Shown here in pieces: positions 8,166-16,660 of a stretch of 41,867 nt of DNA (positions are counted from its first letter, which is position 1; the number at the start of each line of letters is the position of its first letter). The DNA lies in the NCBI GenBank assembly GCA_964425145.1, contig CAYRLQ010000002.1, positions 1-41,867 on the forward strand, read 5' to 3'. This DNA is from an uncultured Nitrospiraceae bacterium. GTDB lineage: Bacteria > Hydrogenedentota > Hydrogenedentia > Hydrogenedentales > SLHB01. Under the pieces are notes generated by a model, which was not told the DNA's origin, did no database searches, and worked only from the letters and a program-made list of their open reading frames with translations. The position numbers were made by a program, and so were the translations under genes.

Positions 8166-11100
8166 ATGAAATCGACCAGGTTGTTTTGTTCCACCGTTGC
8201 TTTGCTTGCTTTTGGCCTGCTGGGCGCCGCGAGTCCGCCCGCGATGGGCCAAGAAGGCCTGGTGGCAAGTGTGGGCGCCGCTGCAAAGGATGGCGCGCTC
8301 CTGGAATTCAAGCATGAAGTCTGGGGGCGAACCTACTATGGCGCTGGATACGTGTATGGGCCGACCTCATGGCGGTCGTCGATGGCCGTCGTGGACATAG
8401 ACGGCGACGGGGATCACGACTTCGCGTTCCGCCCCAATTATGACGTGCCGCCGCAGGTCATGCGCAATCTCGGCACGCGCGGCGTCTTTTACCCCGGTGG
8501 CCTCAAGGACCTCCACGTTACCGACCCCGTACCCGACGAGGTCTTCTTGGACCTCATCATGGACTTCGGGGACCTGACAGGGGACGGGCGGCCCGACTTG
8601 GTTACCGTGGCAAACAAGCTCATCGAACCCTGCGTAACCTACATTGTATGGTATCGCAACGAAGGTCCGCTCGAGGGCGACCCGCGCGATGAACCGCAGT
8701 TCGTGTTTGTGGACTATCTCTACACCAGTTCTCTAACACTGCCCGAGATTTCCCTTGACCTGGCCGATATTGACGGCGACGGCGACCTGGATTTGTTCTT
8801 CGTCGAGCCGGACCTGACGGACACGGCTCAGCCTCATCACGTGTTTTTCACCGAAAACGTCGGGACGGCGCAGGAACCGGACTGGGCCGATTGCCAGGAA
8901 GTGAGCGCCCTATCCGACTTGATGCCGCCGGGGATACCAATCAAGTCCGAGACAAAGGACGCGCCTGCGGCGGGCCTGCGTGCGCCCGACCCGTTGCGCA
9001 CGGTCCGCAAAGCCAAGGCGGGGATATCAGTCCGGATATCGGACATAGAAGTGTGCGATTGGGATGTGGACGGGCGTCTGGATTTTATGTTTTACGACGC
9101 GCTTCAAGGCGTGGATTTCGTCTGCAACATCGGTACCGAAGAAGACCCGGCGTGGAGCGATGCGCTTAACTGGAGCGAAGAGCTGGAGGCGTTCATGCGC
9201 CCGCCCTGGCGGCATAACGATCTCGAGGGTTACGGCATAGCGGCCGGACACTATAGGAATCTCAACATCGCCTATGGGACGTTCGCCGTGGCGACCAATC
9301 CCGAGGCGCTCTTGCCCGATGTGAGGTGGCTGGATGATTTCTATATCAACGTGGAAGGCTGGCTGATCACCCGGCGGTATTTTAAGGGCGCAAACGAGGG
9401 CTATCGCCTCACCCAGGAAAACGCCCTCGAGTATCCCACCGGCCAAGGCCCCGCTGCGTTCTGGGACTACGACGGCGACGGCGACTTGGACCTGTTCCGG
9501 TGCCTTATCCCTAGAGCGGGTGAGGAAGAAAACCTGGCCCTCTTCCCGAATATCGGCACTCCGTACGCGGCCGCATGGGGGGAGCCCAGCAGAGTTGACG
9601 TCGTCGTAAGCGTAGGAACGCCTGACAATTATTACCGGCAGGATTTGTATGCCTTTGCGGATGCCGATGGCGACGGCGATATGGAGCTTTTCGTTCAGCG
9701 GCAGGATGGGACCATCTCATACTACGAGACGGAACAAGGGCCTACACCCGGATTTGTATCCGTAGAGAACAACATGGCCGACATCGTCGAGGAGGGACAG
9801 GCGGGTGTTCAGCCGCGTGGCTTGGTCCTGGCCGATTTCAACCATAGCCCGGACGACGGCCTGGAACTCATTGCTGCTTATGCCTCTGACGGCGGCGGCC
9901 GGCTGGTTTACGTCACCCAACAGACCGCGGAGCCTGGGGCGCCGCTGGCCTGGAATGAGGCCACCGACCTGTCTCTAAGTATACCCATTGATGGGGGCAG
10001 TCTAGCAGTGCCGCCGAACTGTATCGAGAGCATGGCGGCCGCAGACCTTGATGGAGACGGCCTGCCCGACCTGATCGCCGCCGTTTCCGAAGATTGCCTG
10101 TTCGGTGGTTACACCTATTGGGAATGCTCCCACCGCATTTTCTGCAACACTGGTGCGCTGGAAGGGGATGGCGCGCCCGTTTTTGACTATGCTGGCGCAA
10201 TCTGGGAACCCTACGAGACGGACTACTTTGGCGCCCGAATGATCAGTTTCGCCGATATTGACGCGGACAGCGATGCGGACTTGTTTATCGGCCACCAGCC
10301 GTACCTTCCCCCATGTCCCCCGGATGAGGGGTCCGGCCCGTGGTATTACTTGCGGTTTTACCGCAACACGTCACCGACGGAGCTGGGATTGTGGCGGACG
10401 CGCGTCGTCACTGGGGACACCTGTACGTTCACCATCGACGATGTGGCGCCCGCGTACCAGTGGATCACGAACGCCAGTGAGGGGTGGCTCGATACCGAAG
10501 ACCAGTACCAGTACACGGCCGGGGATAGGGCAGGCGTGGTGGATGTCCTCGAATCGCGTGACCCAGACCCGGCGTGCCGTGTGTTCGTGGACGTATTGCC
10601 GCAGGTCGAGGACGAATCCAAGGCGATTCTCGTGGTGGGCGGCGACCCGAACGACCCGCTCTATCCTGCGTTTCAAGAATTGACGGCCTACGCGTATTGG
10701 GTGCTGCGCAACGAGGGGCTCACGGCGCAGAACATTTGCCTGCTGGCTGAAGAGAATTTCGACGCGGATGACGACGGTGAGAACGACGTGGACGGCCCGG
10801 CGCGAGTTGACTTGCTCGAAGACTCGATCCGGTGGGGCCAAGACACCCAACGGCTACTGGTACAGTTCATCGACCACGGCCGGCGCGACCGGTTCCGCTT
10901 GAACGCCACCGACTACCTCGATGCGGACGTGTACGCGGGGTGGCTCAATGAAATCCAGGAAGGCGGCCAAGGGCCCCAGGTGACCACCGTCATCGATACT
11001 TGCGAAGCAGGCTCGTTCATCGACGACCTGGCCTTGCCACAGAAGGTCCGCAAAGACGGTGCACGGCGCATCACGATTACCAGCTCAGGCGTCGGCCCCA

Positions 11101-12530
11101 TCGATGGGGTGGCCTTGTTCGACGAGCACGGGATCAGCTTCTCAGCGGCCTTCTGGGCGGAAATCTTCCAGGGCAGTACTTACGGGCAGGCCTTCGAGAT
11201 TGCCAAGGTCGCCATCGAGTCCATCAACCCGCTCCAGGCGCCGCAGATCGATGGCGACGGCAACGGCGTTTCCAACGAGGCCTCCGATGGCCTGTTGGCC
11301 TCTGAGGCGCGGCCGGGGGCCGATTTCGAGGTGGTTAGCGCGGGTGTGTTTATCGGCGACATCGCGCCGTTCCAAGCCATCGCGAGCGATACGACTACCC
11401 TGTGGCTCCGCGACGTCGTGACGGACTTCCCTGTCGAGGGCGCCGGCGCGCTGGTGGTCCCACCCAACTTCCAGCGGCCTTCGCTGGAGGGGGACGATGA
11501 GCAACCTGTCACCGGGATGGACTGGGTTAATCTCACATATAACGAGGATATGGACCAGTGGGACGCCGAGTACAGCGGTTTCACGGAAGGCGGCCTGTTC
11601 CGAATTCAGTACTATGTGAAGGCTGCAGGACGCTACCACGCTTCACCGCGCATCGGGTTTGTCGACCGGATTGAAGCGCCCGATGCCTGGGAAGACGATG
11701 AGACGCCCACCGAAGCCCAATGGCTGCCCATCAACTCCGTTCAGGGCCACAACTTCCACGTGGAAGGCGACAAAGACTGGGTACGGTTTACGTCGCCGGC
11801 GGGGAAAAGCGCCACGATTGCGGTGGTCTCGCCCGGGGTGAACTGCCAGCCTGTGGTGCAATTGTTCCGACAGGCGGATTTGGAGGAGGACCCCGGCGTA
11901 TCGCCTATAGAGGAAATGGCTGCGACGGTACCGGGCGAAGAGGTTGTATTCGAGCATTACTTCGGGGACAGCGAACAGTATTGCCTGCGCATCGCCAATG
12001 CCGACTCGGCGCTTTACGGCGCTGGGACCTCCTACCTGGTGCTGATCGCCGTGGACACCGGCGGCGACTTGATCCCGACCACGCTGATCGTCATCGTGCA
12101 GGAGACCGCCAAAGGGATGCCCATTTCCGGGGCGAAGGTTATGTTTGACAACTCCATTAGTGGTCAAACGGCGGGCGACGGCGTGGTACACTTCGTGTGC
12201 CCCAGCTATGGCAATTACTCCCTCCAGGCGGGCAAGTTGGGGTATCTGACCGCCGCTAAAACGGTCACCGTCAACAACCTCATGGAAGAAGCCACCTGTC
12301 TCCTTACGAAACGTGCGACCGAAGGGGAGGGTGAAGGGGAAGGTGAGGGCGAGGGTGAAGGCGAAGGGCCGTCGTGTATCGCCGCGACGGTCGGCGGCCC
12401 GCCCACAGGGCCCATTTTCACCAATGGGGGGGGTGACCTGCTGGTGCTGGTTCTGCTGGCCCTGACGCTGCTTGCCGCGGGAAAGAAACCCGCGCGACGG
12501 CCTCGGCCGTGTCCGCGAGGAAGGCTTTGA
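8166..12530 (+). CDS. Giant secreted/anchored multidomain protein: signal peptide, FG-GAP/VCBS repeats, clan-CD (legumain C13-like) peptidase domain, PPC domain, CarboxypepD_reg-like domain, (EG)8 linker, C-terminal TM anchor
   Basis: Signal peptide 'MKSTRLFCSTVALLAFGLLGAASPPAMG'. At least 7 DxDGDGDxD loops. 'FIDHG' (His codon 10875-10877) and 'VIDTCEAGSF' (Cys codon 11001-11003) resemble the legumain dyad. 'GDKDWVRF' is a PPC-like motif. Tail is 'GGGDLLVLVLLALTLLAAGKKPARRPRP'. Confidence 0.85.
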   Translation: MKSTRLFCSTVALLAFGLLGAASPPAMGQEGLVASVGAAAKDGALLEFKHEVWGRTYYGAGYVYGPTSWRSSMAVVDIDGDGDHDFAFRPNYDVPPQVMRNLGTRGVFYPGGLKDLHVTDPVPDEVFLDLIMDFGDLTGDGRPDLVTVANKLIEPCVTYIVWYRNEGPLEGDPRDEPQFVFVDYLYTSSLTLPEISLDLADIDGDGDLDLFFVEPDLTDTAQPHHVFFTENVGTAQEPDWADCQEVSALSDLMPPGIPIKSETKDAPAAGLRAPDPLRTVRKAKAGISVRISDIEVCDWDVDGRLDFMFYDALQGVDFVCNIGTEEDPAWSDALNWSEELEAFMRPPWRHNDLEGYGIAAGHYRNLNIAYGTFAVATNPEALLPDVRWLDDFYINVEGWLITRRYFKGANEGYRLTQENALEYPTGQGPAAFWDYDGDGDLDLFRCLIPRAGEEENLALFPNIGTPYAAAWGEPSRVDVVVSVGTPDNYYRQDLYAFADADGDGDMELFVQRQDGTISYYETEQGPTPGFVSVENNMADIVEEGQAGVQPRGLVLADFNHSPDDGLELIAAYASDGGGRLVYVTQQTAEPGAPLAWNEATDLSLSIPIDGGSLAVPPNCIESMAAADLDGDGLPDLIAAVSEDCLFGGYTYWECSHRIFCNTGALEGDGAPVFDYAGAIWEPYETDYFGARMISFADIDADSDADLFIGHQPYLPPCPPDEGSGPWYYLRFYRNTSPTELGLWRTRVVTGDTCTFTIDDVAPAYQWITNASEGWLDTEDQYQYTAGDRAGVVDVLESRDPDPACRVFVDVLPQVEDESKAILVVGGDPNDPLYPAFQELTAYAYWVLRNEGLTAQNICLLAEENFDADDDGENDVDGPARVDLLEDSIRWGQDTQRLLVQFIDHGRRDRFRLNATDYLDADVYAGWLNEIQEGGQGPQVTTVIDTCEAGSFIDDLALPQKVRKDGARRITITSSGVGPIDGVALFDEHGISFSAAFWAEIFQGSTYGQAFEIAKVAIESINPLQAPQIDGDGNGVSNEASDGLLASEARPGADFEVVSAGVFIGDIAPFQAIASDTTTLWLRDVVTDFPVEGAGALVVPPNFQRPSLEGDDEQPVTGMDWVNLTYNEDMDQWDAEYSGFTEGGLFRIQYYVKAAGRYHASPRIGFVDRIEAPDAWEDDETPTEAQWLPINSVQGHNFHVEGDKDWVRFTSPAGKSATIAVVSPGVNCQPVVQLFRQADLEEDPGVSPIEEMAATVPGEEVVFEHYFGDSEQYCLRIANADSALYGAGTSYLVLIAVDTGGDLIPTTLIVIVQETAKGMPISGAKVMFDNSISGQTAGDGVVHFVCPSYGNYSLQAGKLGYLTAAKTVTVNNLMEEATCLLTKRATEGEGEGEGEGEGEGEGPSCIAATVGGPPTGPIFTNGGGDLLVLVLLALTLLAAGKKPARRPRPCPRGRL
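12321..12368 (+). repeat. Coding low-complexity repeat, (Glu-Gly)x8, built from degenerate GAR-GGN hexamers
   Basis: gaaggggagggtgaaggggaaggtgagggcgagggtgaaggcgaaggg, read directly. Confidence 0.95.
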
Positions 12531-13602
12531 CATGCGCGAGGGCCTCAGGCAACGCCATGGGCCCCGGGCAAATTGAGAATGCGGCGGCAATCCCGTGGTC
12601 GTAAAGCGTCTGGTACCCCTCGCCTAGGGCCCCGGCGAGGGCAATGACGGGGATGCCCAAGTCCCGCGCAATATGCGCCACGCCCACCGGGGTCTTGCCG
12701 CTCGCGGTTTGGCCGTCCAGCATCCCTTCGCCCGTGATGACGAGGTCGGCGCCCTTCATGCGCTCGGCCAGGTTGCAGGCCTCCGCCACGAGGTCCACGC
12801 CGCTGGCCAGCCGCGCGCCAATCACGCCCACGAGCCCCCCGCCCAGGCCGCCTGCGGCGCCGGCGCCCGGCAGGTTCAGGATGGGCGTGCCCAGTTGCTG
12901 TTCGACGACCTCGCCGAAATGCCTGAGGGCGTCGTCGAGTTCGATCGCGACAGCCGGGCTGGCGCCTTTTTGCGGCCCGTATACGATCGAGGCGCCGGTC
13001 GGGCCGCACAGTGGATTGTCTACGTCGCAGGCAACCAGCACCGCGCACGAGGCCAGGGCGGGATGTCTTCGACCCCCATCGATCTGGGCCAATTGGCCCA
13101 ATGCGGCGCCCCCCGGTCCGAGCTCTTCGCCGCGGCAGTCCCTGAGGGAAAACCCCAGCGCCTGGGCCATGCCCGCGCCCGCATCGTTCGTTGCGCTCCC
13201 GCCGATCCCGAGGATCATCCGGCTGACGCCTCGGTCGAGTGCGTCGCACATCAGCTCGCCCGTGCCTCGGGTTGTGGTAATTCGCGGGTCGCGCCGCTCG
13301 GGCGGGATCAGGGCCAGCCCGGATGCAGCCGCCATCTCGATAACCGCCGTGGCGCCGTCGCCCGCAATCCCGTAGGTTGCCATCACGGGTTCCCCCAGGG
13401 GGCCTGTGACTTCCCGTTCCACCAGCACGCCCGAGGTCGCCGCCACCAGTGCATCGACCGTGCCTTCACCGCCATCCGCCATGGGAACCAGGACCAGTTC
13501 CGCGTTCGGCAGCGCACGGCGCAAACCCGCTGCAATCGCCTCGGCCACATCCTTGGCCGCAGCGCATTCCTTGAACGAATCGGGCGCGATGACAATCTTC
13601 AT
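12418..13602 (-). CDS. glxK: Glycerate kinase (GlxK/GarK class I family)
   Basis: 'MKIVIAPDSFKECAAA', 'PMADGGEGT', 'ITGEGMLDGQTASGKTP', 'ALAGALG' are hallmark glycerate kinase blocks. The last ~23 aa (after '...AEAVARV') have no family-like sequence and overlap the convergent gene. Confidence 0.9.
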   Translation of the reverse strand: MKIVIAPDSFKECAAAKDVAEAIAAGLRRALPNAELVLVPMADGGEGTVDALVAATSGVLVEREVTGPLGEPVMATYGIAGDGATAVIEMAAASGLALIPPERRDPRITTTRGTGELMCDALDRGVSRMILGIGGSATNDAGAGMAQALGFSLRDCRGEELGPGGAALGQLAQIDGGRRHPALASCAVLVACDVDNPLCGPTGASIVYGPQKGASPAVAIELDDALRHFGEVVEQQLGTPILNLPGAGAAGGLGGGLVGVIGARLASGVDLVAEACNLAERMKGADLVITGEGMLDGQTASGKTPVGVAHIARDLGIPVIALAGALGEGYQTLYDHGIAAAFSICPGPMALPEALAHVKAFLADTAEAVARVSFPRQAASGPAEPAPAGHPPHW

Positions 13603-13650
13603 CCGAGCGATGCCTTTCTCCTCACGATTCGGATGGAATCGACGGGAGAA

Positions 13651-13678
13651 AGTATAAAGTATGAAGTATGAAGTATAA
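13651..13678. repeat. AT-rich heptamer tandem repeat (AGTATRA)x4 in a divergent intergenic region
   Basis: agtataa agtatga agtatga agtataa, read directly. Lies between the glxK start (13602, -) and the 13765 (+) gene. Confidence 0.9.
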
Positions 13679-13694
13679 AATAGGGCGTTCGTGA

Positions 13695-13706
13695 ACCGTC
13701 GACGGT
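13695..13706. repeat. 12-bp perfect palindrome ACCGTCGACGGT (same CCGTCGACGG core)
   Basis: Read directly. Intergenic, 59 nt upstream of the 13765 gene. Confidence 0.9.
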
Positions 13707-13764
13707 ACGATTTTCTCGTGACGGACTGATAGGCGAAACTTCGTAGACGGAAGGGAGATCACAA

Positions 13765-15324
13765 ATGAAAACGGCCATTTTGATACCCGGGGTTATCCTT
13801 GTAGGGGCAGGAGCAGTTATGGCACTTGAGATTGGCGACACGGTGGGTCCGCTGGCATTGACCACGCTTGATGGGTATTCGTTCGAAATGAACAACTACG
13901 GACAACGGCGCGGCACGGCTGTCGTGTTTCTGTCGGCCCGCTGCGACGCAACCGAGCAACAGATCGGGCTCATTAACAAGATTCACGTAAAGTTCCGCTT
14001 GCGCGATGTGCTGTTCGTGGGAATTTGTCCCAATCCCGCCGAAACCGGCGAGGAACTGCGCACCTTCGCACAGCGACGCGGCTGCATCTTCCCACTCTAC
14101 CGCGACCTTGAGGGTAAAGCGGCGCAGCGATTCGGCGCACGGGTCACGCCGGAAGTGTTTTTACTCGATGAGAAAGGCGTGTTGGTCTACCGCGGCGGAA
14201 TCGGGCCGGTGGACGCCCCGGGCGGACTCGCCGAGGCCATCGCACTGATGGTCAAAAAGCGGCCTGTCGTGACGACTCAGACGCCCGCGGAGGGCACGCC
14301 GCTGGACATGCCAGGACCACCGCGCGAAATCGCCGATCCCTATGGAGTGATTGCGTTTTCATCGGAACTCATCTTCGAGAAGGTCCCGGAAGCCGCAGCG
14401 CACCATTGCTCGACACTTGCCGAGGCCGCAAACGGCGACCTCGTATGCGTGTGGTACGGCGGCAGCTACGAATCCGCCGAGGACCAGGTGCTATTCCTGT
14501 CGCGCAGGCCCCAGGGCGAGCGGCATTGGACGGCGCCTGAGGTCGTTGTGCGCAATCCCGGTCAGCCGCCCGGTAATGCGGTCGTGTTTCGCGATGGCGC
14601 CGACCGACTCTGGATCGTCTGGGGGCGCATGGAATCCAAGCGCCCGATTCGCCGCGGTTCCGGTTGGGGCCAGTGCCGGTTGCTGTACCGCATCTCCGAG
14701 GACCACGGCGTGACCTGGGGTGAGGACGAGGAACTTGAGGGCGGCTTCGGCTGGCTTCCGAGAAATGTGCCCATAACGTTACGCAGCGGTGAGCTGCTCC
14801 TGCCGCTGAGCGGCCGCGTCGATGGGACCTACGGGTCCTTCTTCCTGAAGACGGCCGACCACGGCGCCACGTGGGACCGGTCCGGCCTCATCCCCGGCGG
14901 CAGCCAGCCCACCATGATCGAACGGGACGACGGCACGCTGTTCGTGATGATGCGCCATCGGCCTAAGATTCTACAGAGCGAGTCGCGCGACGGTGGGAAC
15001 ACCTGGAGCGACGCCCAGGACTCCGTCCTGCGCAACCCCGATGCGGGCATCGCAATGACCCGGCTGCGCAACGGCCACCTGGTGATCGTTTTCAACGACA
15101 GCTCGATGAGCCGTACGCCGCTGAGCGTCGCGCGTTCCGAGGACGAAGGGAAAACCTGGAGCAAGCCCTTGAATCTCGAGTCCAACCCTGGCGAGTACTC
15201 TTATCCAAGCGTGATACAAACCGCCGACGGCATGATACACGCCACCTACACATTCCGCCGCTACGCCATCAAACACACCGAGTTCAATGAAGATTGGCTG
15301 ACCAGTTTCGTGAGGCCGGACTGA
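13765..15324 (+). CDS. Fusion protein: N-terminal TM/signal anchor + thioredoxin-fold redoxin-like domain (CxxC degenerated to CDAT) + BNR/Asp-box sialidase-like beta-propeller
   Basis: Redoxin-like 'GTAVVFLSARCDATEQ...TPEVFLLDEKGVLVYRG'. Four Asp-box SxDxGxTW motifs: 'SEDHGVTWG', 'TADHGATWD', 'SRDGGNTWS', 'SEDEGKTWS'. GGAAGGGAG is the SD. Confidence 0.75.
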   Translation: MKTAILIPGVILVGAGAVMALEIGDTVGPLALTTLDGYSFEMNNYGQRRGTAVVFLSARCDATEQQIGLINKIHVKFRLRDVLFVGICPNPAETGEELRTFAQRRGCIFPLYRDLEGKAAQRFGARVTPEVFLLDEKGVLVYRGGIGPVDAPGGLAEAIALMVKKRPVVTTQTPAEGTPLDMPGPPREIADPYGVIAFSSELIFEKVPEAAAHHCSTLAEAANGDLVCVWYGGSYESAEDQVLFLSRRPQGERHWTAPEVVVRNPGQPPGNAVVFRDGADRLWIVWGRMESKRPIRRGSGWGQCRLLYRISEDHGVTWGEDEELEGGFGWLPRNVPITLRSGELLLPLSGRVDGTYGSFFLKTADHGATWDRSGLIPGGSQPTMIERDDGTLFVMMRHRPKILQSESRDGGNTWSDAQDSVLRNPDAGIAMTRLRNGHLVIVFNDSSMSRTPLSVARSEDEGKTWSKPLNLESNPGEYSYPSVIQTADGMIHATYTFRRYAIKHTEFNEDWLTSFVRPD

Positions 15325-15477
15325 TGTGATTGCTTGTCCCTCGACGCTCAAGTAAGGAAGCGTTGTGCGACGTGTGGCGTCGGCATCTCGCCCACGGCAG
15401 AATCCTGGCGCCTCGCATTGCAACGCGTCAGCGCGTCTGGCAGAATGCGTCGAAACAGCTCGAAAGGGAGCGCCGCC

Positions 15478-16539
15478 ATGCCCAGGAAGAAAGCGACGGA
15501 CCGGCCACGGCTTTCGGTCGAACCCATTGAAACGGTTGCGGAGCTCGAGAAGAAGCTGTCCGAGCCGACGCCGGGCGTTATCGAGGCGATGGGCAAGCTC
15601 GACGGCGACCTTCTGATCCTCGGCGCGGGTGGCAAGATCGGCCCGACGCTCGCGCAAATGGCGGCCCGCGCCTCCGAAGCGGCGGGCGTGAAGCGCAGGA
15701 TCATAGGTGTGTCCTCGGTGTTCGCGAGGGAAGCGCGCCGACGCCTCAAACGCCTGGGTGTCGAAACCATCAAGGCGGATTTACTGGCCCCCGGCGCCAT
15801 GGACAAGCTCCCGGCCGCCCTGAACGTCGTGTACATGATGGGGATGAAGTTCGGCTCGACCGGGGCCGAATGGAACACCTGGGCCGTGAACGTGCTGTTG
15901 GCAGGCCTTGCCGCCAACCGGTATCGTGACGCGCGGATCGGCGCGTTTTCTTCGGGCAACGTCTATCCCTTCGAGCCCATTGGGCAGGGCGCGACAGAGG
16001 CCACGGCGCCGGGCCCTGTGGGCGAATACGCCATGTCGTGCCTGGGCCGCGAGCGCATGTTCGATTACTATTCCTACAAAGTGGGCACGAGGGTGCTGCA
16101 TTATCGGCTCAATTACGCCCTCGAGCTGCGCTACGGCATCGTGCACGACGTAGGCAGTCAGGTCTGGAAGGGCACGCCCGTCGACCTGACCACCGGCTAT
16201 GTAAACGTCGTGTGGCAGGGCTATGCCAGCGCGGTCGCCTTGCAATGTTTCGCCCTGGCCGATTCGCCCCCGAAGGTGCTCAACGTCACGGGGCCTGAAA
16301 CGGTTTCGATCCGGTGGATGGCCGAGCGGTTCGGCGAACTCATGGGCAAGGAGCCTGAGTTCGCCGGTGAGGAAGCGCCCACGGCCCTGCTCAGCAACGC
16401 AGCCCAGTGCCATAAACTCTTCGGACACCCGCAGGTCGGCATCGACACGGTCATCGAATGGGCGGCCCATTGGATCATGGCCGGCGGCGAAAGCCTCGGT
16501 AAGCCGACCCACTACGAGGCGCGAGACGGGAAATTCTAA
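15478..16539 (+). CDS. NAD(P)-dependent epimerase/dehydratase family protein
   Basis: Rossmann motif 'LLILGAGGKIGPTLA'. ~353 aa from ATG 15478 (GAAAGGGAG upstream). The ORF-track start at 15334 adds an unlikely Cys/Arg-rich extension. Confidence 0.7.
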   Translation: MPRKKATDRPRLSVEPIETVAELEKKLSEPTPGVIEAMGKLDGDLLILGAGGKIGPTLAQMAARASEAAGVKRRIIGVSSVFAREARRRLKRLGVETIKADLLAPGAMDKLPAALNVVYMMGMKFGSTGAEWNTWAVNVLLAGLAANRYRDARIGAFSSGNVYPFEPIGQGATEATAPGPVGEYAMSCLGRERMFDYYSYKVGTRVLHYRLNYALELRYGIVHDVGSQVWKGTPVDLTTGYVNVVWQGYASAVALQCFALADSPPKVLNVTGPETVSIRWMAERFGELMGKEPEFAGEEAPTALLSNAAQCHKLFGHPQVGIDTVIEWAAHWIMAGGESLGKPTHYEARDGKF

Positions 16540-16660
16540 GGGCATTCTTGTTTCTTTTTGGGGAAACAGGATAGGAGCGAGGAAAAACCAAGGGCGCTCA
16601 CGCGCGGTGTACTACAACGTTGGTTGCCTTTAGGATAGGTTCAAGGGGCCCCATTTTAAC

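Noticed and set aside
12321-12368. GAR-GGN hexamer repeat as a possible CRISPR-like or non-coding microsatellite
   Set aside because: It is in frame inside a long, well-supported ORF and encodes an (EG)8 linker. There are no spacers or repeat-spacer periodicity. No CRISPR array is present anywhere in the window.
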